A stretch of 64,000 nt of DNA from an uncultured cyanobacterium (GCA_963744145.1 CAVUSO010000001.1:1536001-1600000), one strand, 5' to 3'; numbered from the stretch's first letter, positions 1 to 10,645 are shown. The notes: generated by a model from the letters alone, not told the origin. Numbers and translations are program-made.

Positions 1-1328
1 CTGCTGGGGCTAAATTGCGATTTAGTTCAGAACAAACGATGAAAATAGCTCAATCTCTTTATGAAGCAGGCTATATTACTTATATGCGAACTGATTCAGT
101 CGCACTTTCTGAACAATTTTGTGCTACAGTGCGTCAATATTTAGAACAACATGATCCGGACAATATTCCTGTCACAGTAACCCAATATCGGGCTTCTAAA
201 AATGCTCAAGAAGCACATGAAGCAATCAGACCAACAGATATTTATCGTCATCCTGAACAATTGCAATTAGCAGATCATGAAAATCATCTATATCAATTAA
301 TTTGGAATCGCACGATTGCTTCCCAATGTAAACCAGCGCAATTAGCAAAAACTCGGATTATTAGTCAATCGGAGTCGGTATTTTGGGAAGCAAAAGGACA
401 AGTTTTAATCTTTGCTGGATATACTAAATATTGGCATAATATTAGTAACGATCATGTATTACCGCAAGTCAAAATAAATCAAACTCTCACCGTTAAAGAA
501 GCTAACTCAGAAAAGAAACAAACTCAACCCCCACCTCGATATACGGAACCGAAATTAGTGCAATTAATGGAACGGAAAGGAATTGGAAGACCCAGTACCT
601 ATTCCCCGACTATTAAAACTCTCAAAGAAAGAGAATATGTCCAATTAATCAAAAGTAAATTACAACCAACTCAACTCGGAATGGAGTTAGATCGGTTTTT
701 AGATCAAGCAATTCCAGATTTAATTCAAGCAGATTTTACCGCGCAAATGGAAACTCAACTCGATGCGATCGCATCTGGTAACCTGAACTGGGAGAAATAT
801 TTAACTAGCTGGAATCGAGATTATTTTACCCCAGCAATTGGTAAAGCAATAGCAGAAATTAAACATTTTCAACCTCATATTAAGCAACAAGATTGTCTAC
901 CCAACCAAACCGAATCAGTAAAAATCCAGTGTCCTAATTGTGGTAAATTAATGAGCAAAGTATTTTCTAAATCTCCCAAATTAAAAGCAGATCATTTTCT
1001 CAAATGTCATCAAGAAAATCAGGGTTGTGGAACAGTCATGTTTTTAAATGTGAAGACTAAAAATTATGAACTTCCTTATGTTGCACCTAAAATTACTCCG
1101 GAAATAAAAATTACTAAATCCGAGTTATCAACTCAGCTTAAATGTCCAATTTGTGAATCAATTTTAGAAACTCACCCATATATGAAAAATGGTCAATCTA
1201 AGATCATGTTGCGTTGTACTAATCCGAAAACTAGACAAACTAAATGTAAAGAAGTAGCATTTTTTGAAAGTAAAACTGGTAACTGGTGGTCTCCTAAATT
1301 TGGGGAAATGAAAAAATCCCAACTTTAA
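1..1328 (+). CDS. topA: Type IA DNA topoisomerase, 5'-truncated by the window edge, with two C-terminal Cys4 zinc-ribbon-like segments
   Basis: AQSLYEAGYITYMRTDS (catalytic Tyr motif), AQEAHEAIRPT, GIGRPSTY; CPNC..C..C and CPIC..C..C near the C-terminus. Confidence 0.9.
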   Translation, partial: AGAKLRFSSEQTMKIAQSLYEAGYITYMRTDSVALSEQFCATVRQYLEQHDPDNIPVTVTQYRASKNAQEAHEAIRPTDIYRHPEQLQLADHENHLYQLIWNRTIASQCKPAQLAKTRIISQSESVFWEAKGQVLIFAGYTKYWHNISNDHVLPQVKINQTLTVKEANSEKKQTQPPPRYTEPKLVQLMERKGIGRPSTYSPTIKTLKEREYVQLIKSKLQPTQLGMELDRFLDQAIPDLIQADFTAQMETQLDAIASGNLNWEKYLTSWNRDYFTPAIGKAIAEIKHFQPHIKQQDCLPNQTESVKIQCPNCGKLMSKVFSKSPKLKADHFLKCHQENQGCGTVMFLNVKTKNYELPYVAPKITPEIKITKSELSTQLKCPICESILETHPYMKNGQSKIMLRCTNPKTRQTKCKEVAFFESKTGNWWSPKFGEMKKSQL

Positions 1329-1460
1329 TACATGATCACATCAAATTCGCAGTGCATTAGCCTTTTACAGATTATCTCTCTACTATCGGCTCCAATGCAG
1401 TGTTAAATCACGACCAACTTGGCAATTTTTGCCAGCAATCGTAAAATATTACTCTAGTTG

Positions 1461-2932
1461 CAATACGGTTCGGTTAAGCTAAAAATCAGGTAAAATGAAA
1501 GTGTCACCTAAATGGAATGAGTAGGAATGCAGCTCAAAGAATTCACTGTAATATCACCTGTGGTCGAATCAGGGATGATCCTCAAAGCGTTAGAAACAGC
1601 GATTCCATCGACAGCAATTGAAAAAGCCATTGAAGATACCAATAGAAAAGAGGAACGACAAAGAGCATTACCAACGCATCTGGTTATCTGTCTAATCATT
1701 GGGATGAGTCTATGGTCTAGGGGGTCAATGAGGACAGTGTTGAAAAATCTGGTTGATGGCTTAAATGAAGCATGGGTCAGAGTTAGTTATTATTGGCGAA
1801 TACCATGTAAATCATCAATTACAGAAGCTAGACAGCGAGTAGGTGCAGGGGTAATGCGGCATCTGTTTCACATAGTAGTTAGACCACAGGCTACTAGGGA
1901 AACCCCAGGGGCTTTTTTAGGTGAAAAGCGAATTATGGCTGTAGATGGAACAGTGTTTGATGTGCCAGATAGCGACACAAATGCCAGAGTATTTGGATAT
2001 CCAGCTAGTCGTCCTGGAACTAGAGCCGCGTTTCCCAAGGTGCGTTTGGTTCTATTGATTGAAGCAGGAACACATTTAATTGTAGATGCCTTGATCTGCC
2101 CTTACCGAATCGGTGAGCGAGTCAGAGTGAAAAGGTTACTACGGTCAGTCACCACTGGAATGTTATTAATGTGGGATCGTGGATTGCATTCTTATGCAAT
2201 GGTGCAAGCCACCTTGTCCCAAAAATGTGATTATTTGGGACGCATCCCCAAAAATGTTAAATTTCCTGTGGAGCAGGTATTGGATGATGGTTCCTATCTC
2301 TCCTGGATTGCTCCCGACGGCAAGTCGAAAAAACAGGGCATGACCAAAATTATGGTTCGAGTCATTGAATACACTATTGATAATGGCGAAGCACAAACTT
2401 ACCGTCTGATTACCAGTTTGACGGACATCGCTTTATTTCCAGCTTTATTATTAGCCACAGAATATCATCGTCGTTGGGAAGTTGAAAATACTATCGATGA
2501 ATTGAAGGTTCATCAATTGGGACGTAAAACTCTGATTCGTTCTCTTCATCCCCGTGAAGTGGTTCAGGAAATTTATGGTTGGCTCCTCGGACATTGGGCG
2601 GTTCGTTCTCTCATGTTGACCGCGGCCACCTCTGCTCACATCTCCCCTTTACGATTGAGTTTTACTGGTACTCTCAATGTTGTCCGTCGTGCTATTCCCA
2701 AATTTCAGCGCCTTCAACCAGAAGAATTTCCCCTTTTTTTTAGTTGGTTGATCAGGGAAATTTTGGATGAACCAATTCCCAAACGTGAAGGTAGAAGTAA
2801 CCCTCGTGTTATTAAAAAAACTCGCGCCAAATTTCCATCCAAGAAACCAATTCATAGAGGTCAGGGAGTTAAACATGAAACCCTCAATTTTTCTATCCTC
2901 AATACTGCTTAAAGCTTAACCGAACCGTATTG
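1461..2932 (+). mobile_element. Complete IS4-family insertion sequence (1472 bp)
   Basis: Perfect 20-bp TIRs CAATACGGTTCGGTTAAGCT (1461-1480 / 2913-2932); 10-bp TSD ACTCTAGTTG (1451-1460, 2933-2942). Confidence 0.95.
1527..2912 (+). CDS. IS4-family DDE transposase
   Basis: AVDGT, WDRG and YHRRWEVENTIDELK (IS4 Y-R-E-K signature); lies between the TIRs. Confidence 0.93.
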   Translation: MQLKEFTVISPVVESGMILKALETAIPSTAIEKAIEDTNRKEERQRALPTHLVICLIIGMSLWSRGSMRTVLKNLVDGLNEAWVRVSYYWRIPCKSSITEARQRVGAGVMRHLFHIVVRPQATRETPGAFLGEKRIMAVDGTVFDVPDSDTNARVFGYPASRPGTRAAFPKVRLVLLIEAGTHLIVDALICPYRIGERVRVKRLLRSVTTGMLLMWDRGLHSYAMVQATLSQKCDYLGRIPKNVKFPVEQVLDDGSYLSWIAPDGKSKKQGMTKIMVRVIEYTIDNGEAQTYRLITSLTDIALFPALLLATEYHRRWEVENTIDELKVHQLGRKTLIRSLHPREVVQEIYGWLLGHWAVRSLMLTAATSAHISPLRLSFTGTLNVVRRAIPKFQRLQPEEFPLFFSWLIREILDEPIPKREGRSNPRVIKKTRAKFPSKKPIHRGQGVKHETLNFSILNTA

Positions 2933-3037
2933 ACTCTAGTTGTGCTAAACGATGATCACCCCTCTGACGCAAGATTGCCCATAGTATAAACCTCACCATT
3001 ATCTTAATTCTACTCTAGGATACTCAGTTTGAGTATA

Positions 3038-3388
3038 CAACCTATTCCAGGTTTATGAAGTTCATCAAGTTGATCTGTGGGGCAGGGCGGGTTCATTAAG
3101 GTTATTTGTGTGTGGCAAATTCAACGGTGAACCCGCCCCTACAGAGATTCACCAAAAAATCGATCAGGATTAGAGGATGACAAGATTAACAGGATTTGTA
3201 GGGGCAGGTGAATGAATTTATGATCACAATCAACCGGGATTTGTAGGGGCAGGTTCACCAATCAATTCTGCTCCAAACCGATCACGATCATAAACCTGCC
3301 CAACCAACACAGATCACTCACAAGCGACTTTAACCGATCGCCATTCATGCTAAATCTTACTGTACTTCATCAACCACCGAATCCGCTG
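3038..3388. mobile_element. REP-containing MITE-like element inserted at a TA
   Basis: Imperfect TIRs (TA)CAACCTATTCCAGGTTTATGAAGTTCA / TGTACTTCATCAACCACCGAATCCGCTG(TA); internal GTAGGGGC hairpins; removing it restores a sequence matching 5304-5377. Confidence 0.7.
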
Positions 3389-3563
3389 TAGTTCAGAATT
3401 TGGCAATCCCCAAGCCAAAATTACAGGGCGATCGCTTCCGGCACTTGCGCCATAATCGTTAAGTTTTATAGAGATTTTTAGGATCAACAGCGATCGCGCT
3501 GTAACCCTTACGAAGAATTACTAAAAGTTCAGTTTTTAGAAGTGCTGAAAGTTTGACTTTAAC

Positions 3564-4049
3564 TTAACTAAAAAGAAATGGCTTGACAGAAGAAATCATC
3601 CGATCTAATTCAGTTTTGTTATGTTTGAGAAGATCGTGGTTCCATAATTCATCTGTATGATCGGAACAATCAGTTGCAAGAGTCTCTCCAATTTCTTCAA
3701 AACTCTTTCTAAGGTTTCTCTTTAAGTCTTCTGGTTCAGATAACACTCCAAGTATAAATACTCGGTCATTTAAATCTTCTGGAATCTGTTGCTTGACATA
3801 ATCCAATCGATTTTCATCCTGATCAAAATCAATCAGCAATACAATTTTTCTGTTTGGGTATTGCCGCATTGTAGGTACAAAATCATCCGTAAACTTTTCC
3901 ACTACTGTTTTCCAACCACGGACAAATGGCAAAACCTGCATTAAACGCCCATTCAGCCTAGGATGAAGCCAAAATCCGTTTGCCATCTCTGAATTAGCGC
4001 AATCTTCAGGTAACACAATGATATGTGGTTGATACTTGTTAACGCTCAT
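3564..4049 (-). CDS. Hypothetical protein with TOPRIM-like acidic motifs, partner of the upstream ATPase
   Basis: IIVLPED near the N-terminus and LLIDFD (DxD); start overlaps the ATPase stop (ATGA). Confidence 0.65.
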   Translation of the reverse strand: MSVNKYQPHIIVLPEDCANSEMANGFWLHPRLNGRLMQVLPFVRGWKTVVEKFTDDFVPTMRQYPNRKIVLLIDFDQDENRLDYVKQQIPEDLNDRVFILGVLSEPEDLKRNLRKSFEEIGETLATDCSDHTDELWNHDLLKHNKTELDRMISSVKPFLFS

Positions 4050-5149
4050 AATTCTAGGTCACCAAGAATCAAACTATCTATCAGATCGCCTCCGATAGAT
4101 AGTTCACTAAGCGATCTAATTAAAGTTGGCTCTAGATGACTTTTTCGATCAAGTACAAAGGTATTTTCACTCTGAAATTTTCGGATCGCTTCCTGATTGT
4201 GTGAGGTCGCTAAAATTTGACCCCTATGATTAAACGAGCGTCGTAATGATATAACAAAATGCCCAACCTCTGACAAGGAAAGGTAATTGTCAGGCTCGTC
4301 CCAGAAGCAAAAAAGCGGACCGTAGTATTTGTTAGCAGCTAAGACAATGGCACAAAGAAAAAAGCATTTCTCCCCATCAGATAAATCTTTAAAGTCAACA
4401 TTCAGATTGGTGTTATTCTTTTCAAATCTAACCACCATATTCTTGAAGTCTTTACCAATCAATTCATTCTGGATATCGCTAATATCAGTCATTACTTCAT
4501 GGAGGTATTTGTCAACATCTTTATAAGCAGCAGGATAGCGACTGAGCAATCCAGAAAACCACTCTCCAAAGTTTGAACCGTCTCGCTTTGGTTCCAAAGT
4601 TTCACCGTTAGAGTCTCCAGTCATCAGGCTTGGAATCGGGGCTAAGATGATCATGTGTGCAAGCCAAATTCTGAAAATACGAAGCGGATCAGTTTCTGAT
4701 TGCTCCTGAATTACTGGAAGGGCAATCAGATGCCAATCTACTAAAAACTGAGCCTCACGATTTCCTGAAGTAAGAGTGACTTGAGCTTCTTTTCTGGAGT
4801 AAACTGGCTCTCCTGCGACTAACAATTGTTCTTCAAATACTCGAAGTTCTCTAAAGCTTTCTGGTAACTCCAGTGCCAGGACATACTTGTACAATTTCTC
4901 TTGAAGCAGTACTTCTATTTCAAATCGAATTGGAATATTAAATCTTCGAGGAGCAAAGTCCTTAGATTGAATTAGTTGCCCAACTCTATTGCTCCCTCTA
5001 CCAATGCTCTGAAGTAACTCTAGCACACTAGCAATTGTTGATTTACCTACACCGTTTCTTCCAATTAAAAGTGCGGATGATATTCCCTTGAGGGACAATT
5101 CAAAATTCTCTAGACATCGGAAATTATGTATATACAGCCTTTGGAGCAT
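4046..5149 (-). CDS. ABC/AAA_21-type ATPase
   Basis: MLQRLYIHNFRCL start, Walker A GRNGVGKS, signature LSDGE, Walker B CFWDEPD, H-loop ATSHN; ATG at 5149 preferred over 5221. Confidence 0.9.
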   Translation of the reverse strand: MLQRLYIHNFRCLENFELSLKGISSALLIGRNGVGKSTIASVLELLQSIGRGSNRVGQLIQSKDFAPRRFNIPIRFEIEVLLQEKLYKYVLALELPESFRELRVFEEQLLVAGEPVYSRKEAQVTLTSGNREAQFLVDWHLIALPVIQEQSETDPLRIFRIWLAHMIILAPIPSLMTGDSNGETLEPKRDGSNFGEWFSGLLSRYPAAYKDVDKYLHEVMTDISDIQNELIGKDFKNMVVRFEKNNTNLNVDFKDLSDGEKCFFLCAIVLAANKYYGPLFCFWDEPDNYLSLSEVGHFVISLRRSFNHRGQILATSHNQEAIRKFQSENTFVLDRKSHLEPTLIRSLSELSIGGDLIDSLILGDLEL

Positions 5150-5480
5150 AGGAAAATAACAAGGTGATGTCAGTATTGATCGACAGAAGATTCTTGAAAT
5201 AGTCAAATTACCTCTTGGCACTGTTACCCCAGGAAGGTGATGAAGTCATCAATTGAGTCTTCTTCAGATCCAAAAGTCAGCCGCGAGATCCTTGAGGTTA
5301 TCTATTCTATTCTAGGATACTCAGTTTGATTATAGTTAAGACGTTAAATCCCCAAGCCAAAATTTTCGGGCGATCGCCTCATCCTCAAATCTACATTGTC
5401 ATAACTTTTCCTGAGCGACTTTCCCCTAGCGAGGGCTAGTCCATTAATCACTATTGACTGCCATCAACATAATGTAATAT

Positions 5481-5552
5481 GTAGGGGCGAAGCATTCCGG
5501 TAGATATTGATTGATCAAAAGCAGTGATTTATTTCCGGAATGCTTCGCCCCT
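5481..5552. repeat. GTAG-type REP inverted pair
   Basis: GTAGGGGCGAAGCATTCCGG ... CCGGAATGCTTCGCCCCT. Confidence 0.8.
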
Positions 5553-5574
5553 GATTTTTATAACTAACAAACCA

Positions 5575-6342
5575 ATGACAACATTATTGACCATCGATCA
5601 CCTGTCAGTCCGCATCTATGACTCAGAAAATAGCATCGCACAGGATGCAGCACAAATAGTCCAAAGCTACTTACAAACAGTCATCTCTGAGCAAAATGAA
5701 GCTAGAATTATGCTCGCAACTGGTAACGCTCAAATTAAATTTCTTGAAAATTTAATTGCTCTGGGTGGAATCGATTGGTCAAAAATTACCTTTTTTCATC
5801 TTGACGAATACTTAGGAATTGATCCTAACCACTCAGCTAGTTTCCATCGTTATTTATGCGATCGCGTCGAAAAATTAGTCAACCCAGGAGCATTTCATTA
5901 TATTAAAGGAGATGTTTTAGAACCACTAGAGGAATGCGATCGCTACGCTCAATTACTAGCAGAACAACCCATCGATCTTTGCTGTTTAGGACTAGGAGAA
6001 AACGGACATATAGCTTTTAACGATCCCGCTGTCGCTAATTTTGATGACCCGCGCACTATAAAATTAATCAAACTGGATCAAGTTAGCTGTCAACAATTAG
6101 TTAAACAAGGACATTTCCCGAATTTGGAATCAGTTCCTCAATATGCTTTTACGATCACCATACCTGCTATTTGTCAAGCTAAAAAAATTATTTGTTTAGC
6201 ACCAGAAAAACGCAAAGCTGCAATTGTCAAATCTATGTTAGAGACAGAAATTAGCACAAAGATTCCAGCATCAATCTTGCGTAAATGTGATCAAGCAACA
6301 TTATTTTTAGATCTAGATTCAGCTGGTTTACTGGAAAAATAG
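5575..6342 (+). CDS. nagB: Glucosamine-6-phosphate deaminase family protein
   Basis: LATGNAQ, FHLDEY and GLGENGHIAFNDP motifs; the 5' extension in the ORF track runs through a REP, so ATG 5575 is chosen. Confidence 0.85.
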   Translation: MTTLLTIDHLSVRIYDSENSIAQDAAQIVQSYLQTVISEQNEARIMLATGNAQIKFLENLIALGGIDWSKITFFHLDEYLGIDPNHSASFHRYLCDRVEKLVNPGAFHYIKGDVLEPLEECDRYAQLLAEQPIDLCCLGLGENGHIAFNDPAVANFDDPRTIKLIKLDQVSCQQLVKQGHFPNLESVPQYAFTITIPAICQAKKIICLAPEKRKAAIVKSMLETEISTKIPASILRKCDQATLFLDLDSAGLLEK

Positions 6343-6358
6343 CAATTTAGGTCTTCAG

Positions 6359-7174
6359 TCAATTATCATGGGGTAATTGCGGTTTAATTTGCTTAGCCTT
6401 ATAAAAAGTTTCTAAACTTTGGCGATCGCCCACAAACCGCCAGTGCCAAGGTTCATAACTAACCCCTTGAGCATTATTTTTGGGAAAAGATAATTCAAAA
6501 CTAAAATGGGCTGCATTAGCTTTTAACCATTTATAAGCCGCAGTATTTTCAAAATCAGGACTAAGATTAGTTGCTGGGACATCTCCAGCCCCAATATCAA
6601 CAGCATAACCAGTATGATGTTCACTATAACCAGGGGGGGCACTCACTGCTGCTCGTTCTGCGGCTACTTCTCCACGTTCAGCTTTAACATCAAAAAATAA
6701 ATATTGCTGATCGGAGATCGATCGAAAACCGGAAATTGGCACTAAGCTAATCCCTTCTGCTGCTGCTGCTGTGACCATTTCTTGCCATTTCTGGGCTGCT
6801 GCCTTTCGCATTTTAATAGTACCATCAGGCACAATAGACTCTAGTTCAGCAGCAGGGGCTTCTTGATAAGGAAAATGTCCCAGAAGGGTATTTTGGACAG
6901 CTGGATGACTAGGTGAAGGTGGTTCTACCAATACCGATGGAGATGGTACTGAAGTAGGTGGGTGGATATCCGCAGTTTGACCAGCAAATTGGGTGCTATA
7001 CCACACCAAGACAATGCTGATCACACCAATACCGACAATTCCCCCAAACCACCATCTGATCGGGAATTTGGACGATGTTTCCCCAGACTGATTTTCCCGC
7101 AAAGCTTCAGGGATATCATCAGTCGGGGACAAGGGTAACTGGGACGCTTTTGACGATAAACCAGCTTTATCCAA
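6359..7174 (-). CDS. D-alanyl-D-alanine carboxypeptidase (VanY/M15B), membrane anchored
   Basis: SGFRS, SAPPGYSEHHTGYAVD, YEPWHWRF; N-terminal TM helix. Confidence 0.92.
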   Translation of the reverse strand: MDKAGLSSKASQLPLSPTDDIPEALRENQSGETSSKFPIRWWFGGIVGIGVISIVLVWYSTQFAGQTADIHPPTSVPSPSVLVEPPSPSHPAVQNTLLGHFPYQEAPAAELESIVPDGTIKMRKAAAQKWQEMVTAAAAEGISLVPISGFRSISDQQYLFFDVKAERGEVAAERAAVSAPPGYSEHHTGYAVDIGAGDVPATNLSPDFENTAAYKWLKANAAHFSFELSFPKNNAQGVSYEPWHWRFVGDRQSLETFYKAKQIKPQLPHDN

Positions 7175-7266
7175 AGCTATACTCCTGCACTTAGATCAAT
7201 CAATGTTAAAAATTGTAGACTGAGACGGTTCTCTGGTGGTGGAGGGTTTAGTGATGGGCCATAACT

Positions 7267-8199
7267 ATGTCCAATTTGGAAAATCAACTCCTAGAACTCT
7301 ACGGTAAGCTTGGGGGAGGAATTCTGCTGGGATTTATTCTCGGTCGCGCACTTCCTCCTGATCTGCCCGTTTATTTGGGTAAATTTCTCTTTTGGATTGG
7401 AGTACCAATTAGTGTTGTCGCTTTTATGCGACGAGCTGACTTATCTGGAGCTATTTGGGTAGCTCCGGTTTTAGCTTGGGTGGCGATCTTACTAGCAGGC
7501 TTATGTGCCAAACTGTGGATTACCATTCCAGGTAAGCAAATAGAGAATAAACAGACTCTAGGCAGTTTTTTTCTCTTATCCATGTTTGGGAATACGGGTT
7601 ATGTTGGCTATCCAGTGATTCTGGCATTAGTAGGAGAAAAATATTTCGGTTGGGCGATATTTTATGATCTAATCGGCAGTGCATTGGGTGCATACGGGTT
7701 AGGGGTGGCGATCGCTGCTCGCTTTAGTACAGCAGAAAAACGACAATGGCAATTAGCCCTAGCAATATTTAAAAGTCCAACTTTGTGGAGTTTTGGTTTT
7801 GGTGTGATGTTCCGAGAAGTCCCCTTACCGTCCTCCATTGAACAAACTTTACAATTATTGGCTTGGATCTCATTGGGTCTATCCTTAGTTCTGATCGGAA
7901 TGAGAATTAGTCAGCTCAAATCTTGGGTGAATTTTCAATTAGCTTTCATCAGTCTGGGCATTAAAATGTTCTTTGTGCCTCTAGTTTTGGGATTAGTGCT
8001 AGTCGGTTGCGGATTTACTGGTCCACCTCAACTCGTCATCATCCTCCAAATAGCTATGCCCCCAGCATTTGCTACTTTAGTGCTGGCTGAAACTTATCAT
8101 CTTGACCAAGACTTAACGGTTACTACCTTAGCGATCGGTTCCATTGGCTTATTATGTACTCTTCCCATCTGGTTATGGCTATTTGGCATAAACTCTTAG
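7267..8199 (+). CDS. AEC (auxin efflux carrier) family transporter
   Basis: About 10 hydrophobic segments; FGNTGYVGYP and AMPPAF motifs. Confidence 0.88.
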   Translation: MSNLENQLLELYGKLGGGILLGFILGRALPPDLPVYLGKFLFWIGVPISVVAFMRRADLSGAIWVAPVLAWVAILLAGLCAKLWITIPGKQIENKQTLGSFFLLSMFGNTGYVGYPVILALVGEKYFGWAIFYDLIGSALGAYGLGVAIAARFSTAEKRQWQLALAIFKSPTLWSFGFGVMFREVPLPSSIEQTLQLLAWISLGLSLVLIGMRISQLKSWVNFQLAFISLGIKMFFVPLVLGLVLVGCGFTGPPQLVIILQIAMPPAFATLVLAETYHLDQDLTVTTLAIGSIGLLCTLPIWLWLFGINS

Positions 8200-8735
8200 C
8201 AGAGAGAATCTTTCAACTGTTTAGTAGCCAAATAATCTACGGCTAATTCCTTTGGACTCATTTGTTCATAACGTTCAAAAGGTTGATGAATCCAGGGGTT
8301 ATCAGGTAAATAATCTACATAATAATCAGGAGTAAACACCGAGCAAGCCTTATACCAGAGGACAGCAGTGCGAATTTCCTTGATTGACAGCCCATAATGA
8401 TCCTTGAGCCAATTAATTGTCTCTTGCAAAGTAATTCCCGAATCGACTAAATCATCGACTAGCAAAATGCGACTACCTAAATTATCAGTAGTCATGGTCA
8501 AATGACGGGAAAACTTAATCGAACCGCGAACTTGGCCCCCAGCACCACTATAGGAGGAAACGGCAAAAATGGCCAGCGGTTGGTCATAAATCCGGGCTAG
8601 AATATCCCCGACTCGCAATCCACCCTTAGCTAGACAGATAATTTGATTAAAATGCCAGTTAGAGTGATAAATTTTGCTTGCTAGTTGCTCAATCTTTTGA
8701 TGGTACTCTGACCAAGATATGTAGAGATCGGACAT
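8196..8735 (-). CDS. Type I phosphoribosyltransferase
   Basis: ILLVDDLVDSGIT PRPP-binding motif; WIHQPFE. Confidence 0.9.
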   Translation of the reverse strand: MSDLYISWSEYHQKIEQLASKIYHSNWHFNQIICLAKGGLRVGDILARIYDQPLAIFAVSSYSGAGGQVRGSIKFSRHLTMTTDNLGSRILLVDDLVDSGITLQETINWLKDHYGLSIKEIRTAVLWYKACSVFTPDYYVDYLPDNPWIHQPFERYEQMSPKELAVDYLATKQLKDSLC

Positions 8736-8850
8736 AATTGGTTTAATTGGTAAAAAACTAGGAAAATCATAATGTTATCAACTATTGTGGATAGTTACCA
8801 AGCTTACCAGAACTAAAAAATAATAAATTTAGCTAATCAATGCTACGGTT

Positions 8851-10305
8851 ATGAGCGGATTTCGATTTTCTAATTTCATTGATCAGGTTGGCTTTAATGG
8901 ATTTTTATTGGACAATATGAAGCCAAAAATTTTTAATCTGCTTTTATGGTCTTTAGCTGGTTTTACCAGTCTGATCGCACTCTGGTTCATTGGTGGTAAT
9001 ATTATTGCTAGCCAACAAGAGCAAGAGATGAATGTGGCGAAAAGAGAATTTTTCCAGCAGTTTGCCAAAGCCGATGCTAATGATTCGGCTTTGAAATTAG
9101 CAGAATTAATATCTCAATTAGGGATAGAGCCTTTATTAGGTATGAAAGAAAAATCAGCGAAAATTTTTTCATCCTATCAAGCCGATCGACAAGCTTTTAA
9201 AAAAATTCAATCCTCCTTAAAAATTTATCTGGCAAATCAATTAATGAAGCCAAATAATGACGTAGATATTCCTCCAGAAAAATTACGTCAATATTTAAAA
9301 TTACAAGAAGATTCTTTAGAAGCCATCCGGACGCATATTCTTAATAATGAACAACCACGCTGGCCAATAGATTTAAGTGCTAAAGTTAATAATCAATCTT
9401 TTACTAATTTTACTAGTCTGATTGATCTGCAAAGAATCCTGGCTCTAGAAATGCTAGAACGAAATCGGCAAAAACAGGTAAAAGAAATGCTACAAACTTT
9501 AGAAGTTTCTTGGCAATTAAATCGAGCGTTAATGGCAAGACCTGAATTTATGTCTCAATTGGTAGCATTGATCATAGCCAGAATGCAAGCAGGAGTGATG
9601 CGAAAATTAGATGGTGTTCCATCTGAGTGGCAAGAACGTCTAGATGATTTCGCTCAAGAAGATTATCCCAAAAGTTTTTTGCGATCGATGAATGGTGAAA
9701 TTCGCGATGGAGCTAATCTGATTAAAGATCATTTTTGGGAAACCTTAGAGGGTAGTAAAATTAGTAAAAAAGATTTTTCTGATCTAGGAGATATCGAAAA
9801 AGCCGAATGGTTAAGAACTTTATCCACTTTTGATTTTATCCTGCAACCCTATTTTCGCTTTGCCGCTATAGATTATTGGCAAAAAATGCAAAAAACTATC
9901 AATGAATTACCCAAGCAAGATATCTGTTTATTTGCACCGGATAAATTTACTAAAGAAAATGAATTATTAGTTGCTAACTGGAATATTCCTGGTCAAACAG
10001 CACAGAGCAGTTGGGTAAAGATGTGGCAAAATTTTGCTCATTTGTCCCTAGACTTGGAATTGACAAGGAAAATACTTCGGGTCAAAGAAATTGCTGCGAA
10101 AAACCGACATTGGTCAGAAGCAATTCCCGGGATTTCTCTCTCTCATTGTCTTGATGGTAAATGGATCTACCAAGTTTCTGCTGATGGTATTATGTCACTT
10201 ACTTATAACCAAAAACCAGACTGGTTAGAAGAAAAAACCGGATTACCCTTGAGTTATACAGCTAAAGAAATTGAAAAGGAGCAAAAACCTATCTCACCAA
10301 AATAA
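8851..10305 (+). CDS. Hypothetical protein with N-terminal TM anchor (start may be ATG 8917)
   Basis: 484-aa ORF; hydrophobic LLLWSLAGFTSLIALWFIG segment. Confidence 0.7.
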   Translation: MSGFRFSNFIDQVGFNGFLLDNMKPKIFNLLLWSLAGFTSLIALWFIGGNIIASQQEQEMNVAKREFFQQFAKADANDSALKLAELISQLGIEPLLGMKEKSAKIFSSYQADRQAFKKIQSSLKIYLANQLMKPNNDVDIPPEKLRQYLKLQEDSLEAIRTHILNNEQPRWPIDLSAKVNNQSFTNFTSLIDLQRILALEMLERNRQKQVKEMLQTLEVSWQLNRALMARPEFMSQLVALIIARMQAGVMRKLDGVPSEWQERLDDFAQEDYPKSFLRSMNGEIRDGANLIKDHFWETLEGSKISKKDFSDLGDIEKAEWLRTLSTFDFILQPYFRFAAIDYWQKMQKTINELPKQDICLFAPDKFTKENELLVANWNIPGQTAQSSWVKMWQNFAHLSLDLELTRKILRVKEIAAKNRHWSEAIPGISLSHCLDGKWIYQVSADGIMSLTYNQKPDWLEEKTGLPLSYTAKEIEKEQKPISPK

Positions 10306-10346
10306 GTATTTTATTGAAGTTTCACTAATAAATTCAAACCATCATA

Positions 10347-10585
10347 CCAATTGATGATGAAGATACATTGATAGGATTGATCTGTGGGTCGGGGTGGGTT
10401 TTGATGATTAGTGGGTAAATAGCAAAAATCTCGGTGAACCCACCCCTACAAAAACCCGCAAATAGAGGATAAAATTGGTAGGGGCAGGTTCACCAGTCAA
10501 TTCTGCTACCAACAGATCACCATTATAAACCTGCCCTGACCTAACAGATCAATCTCAGATTAAGTTCAATTTCATAGTTAATTGG
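10347..10585. mobile_element. REP-containing MITE-like element flanked by TA
   Basis: Ends (TA)CCAATT..ATGAA / TTCAT..AATTGG(TA); two internal REP hairpins similar to those in 3038-3388 and 45779-45902. Confidence 0.65.
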
Positions 10586-10645
10586 TATAACCGAGTTGTT
10601 TGTAGGTGGTGTTTCAATCGCGATCGCCTATTTTGATATCTATGC

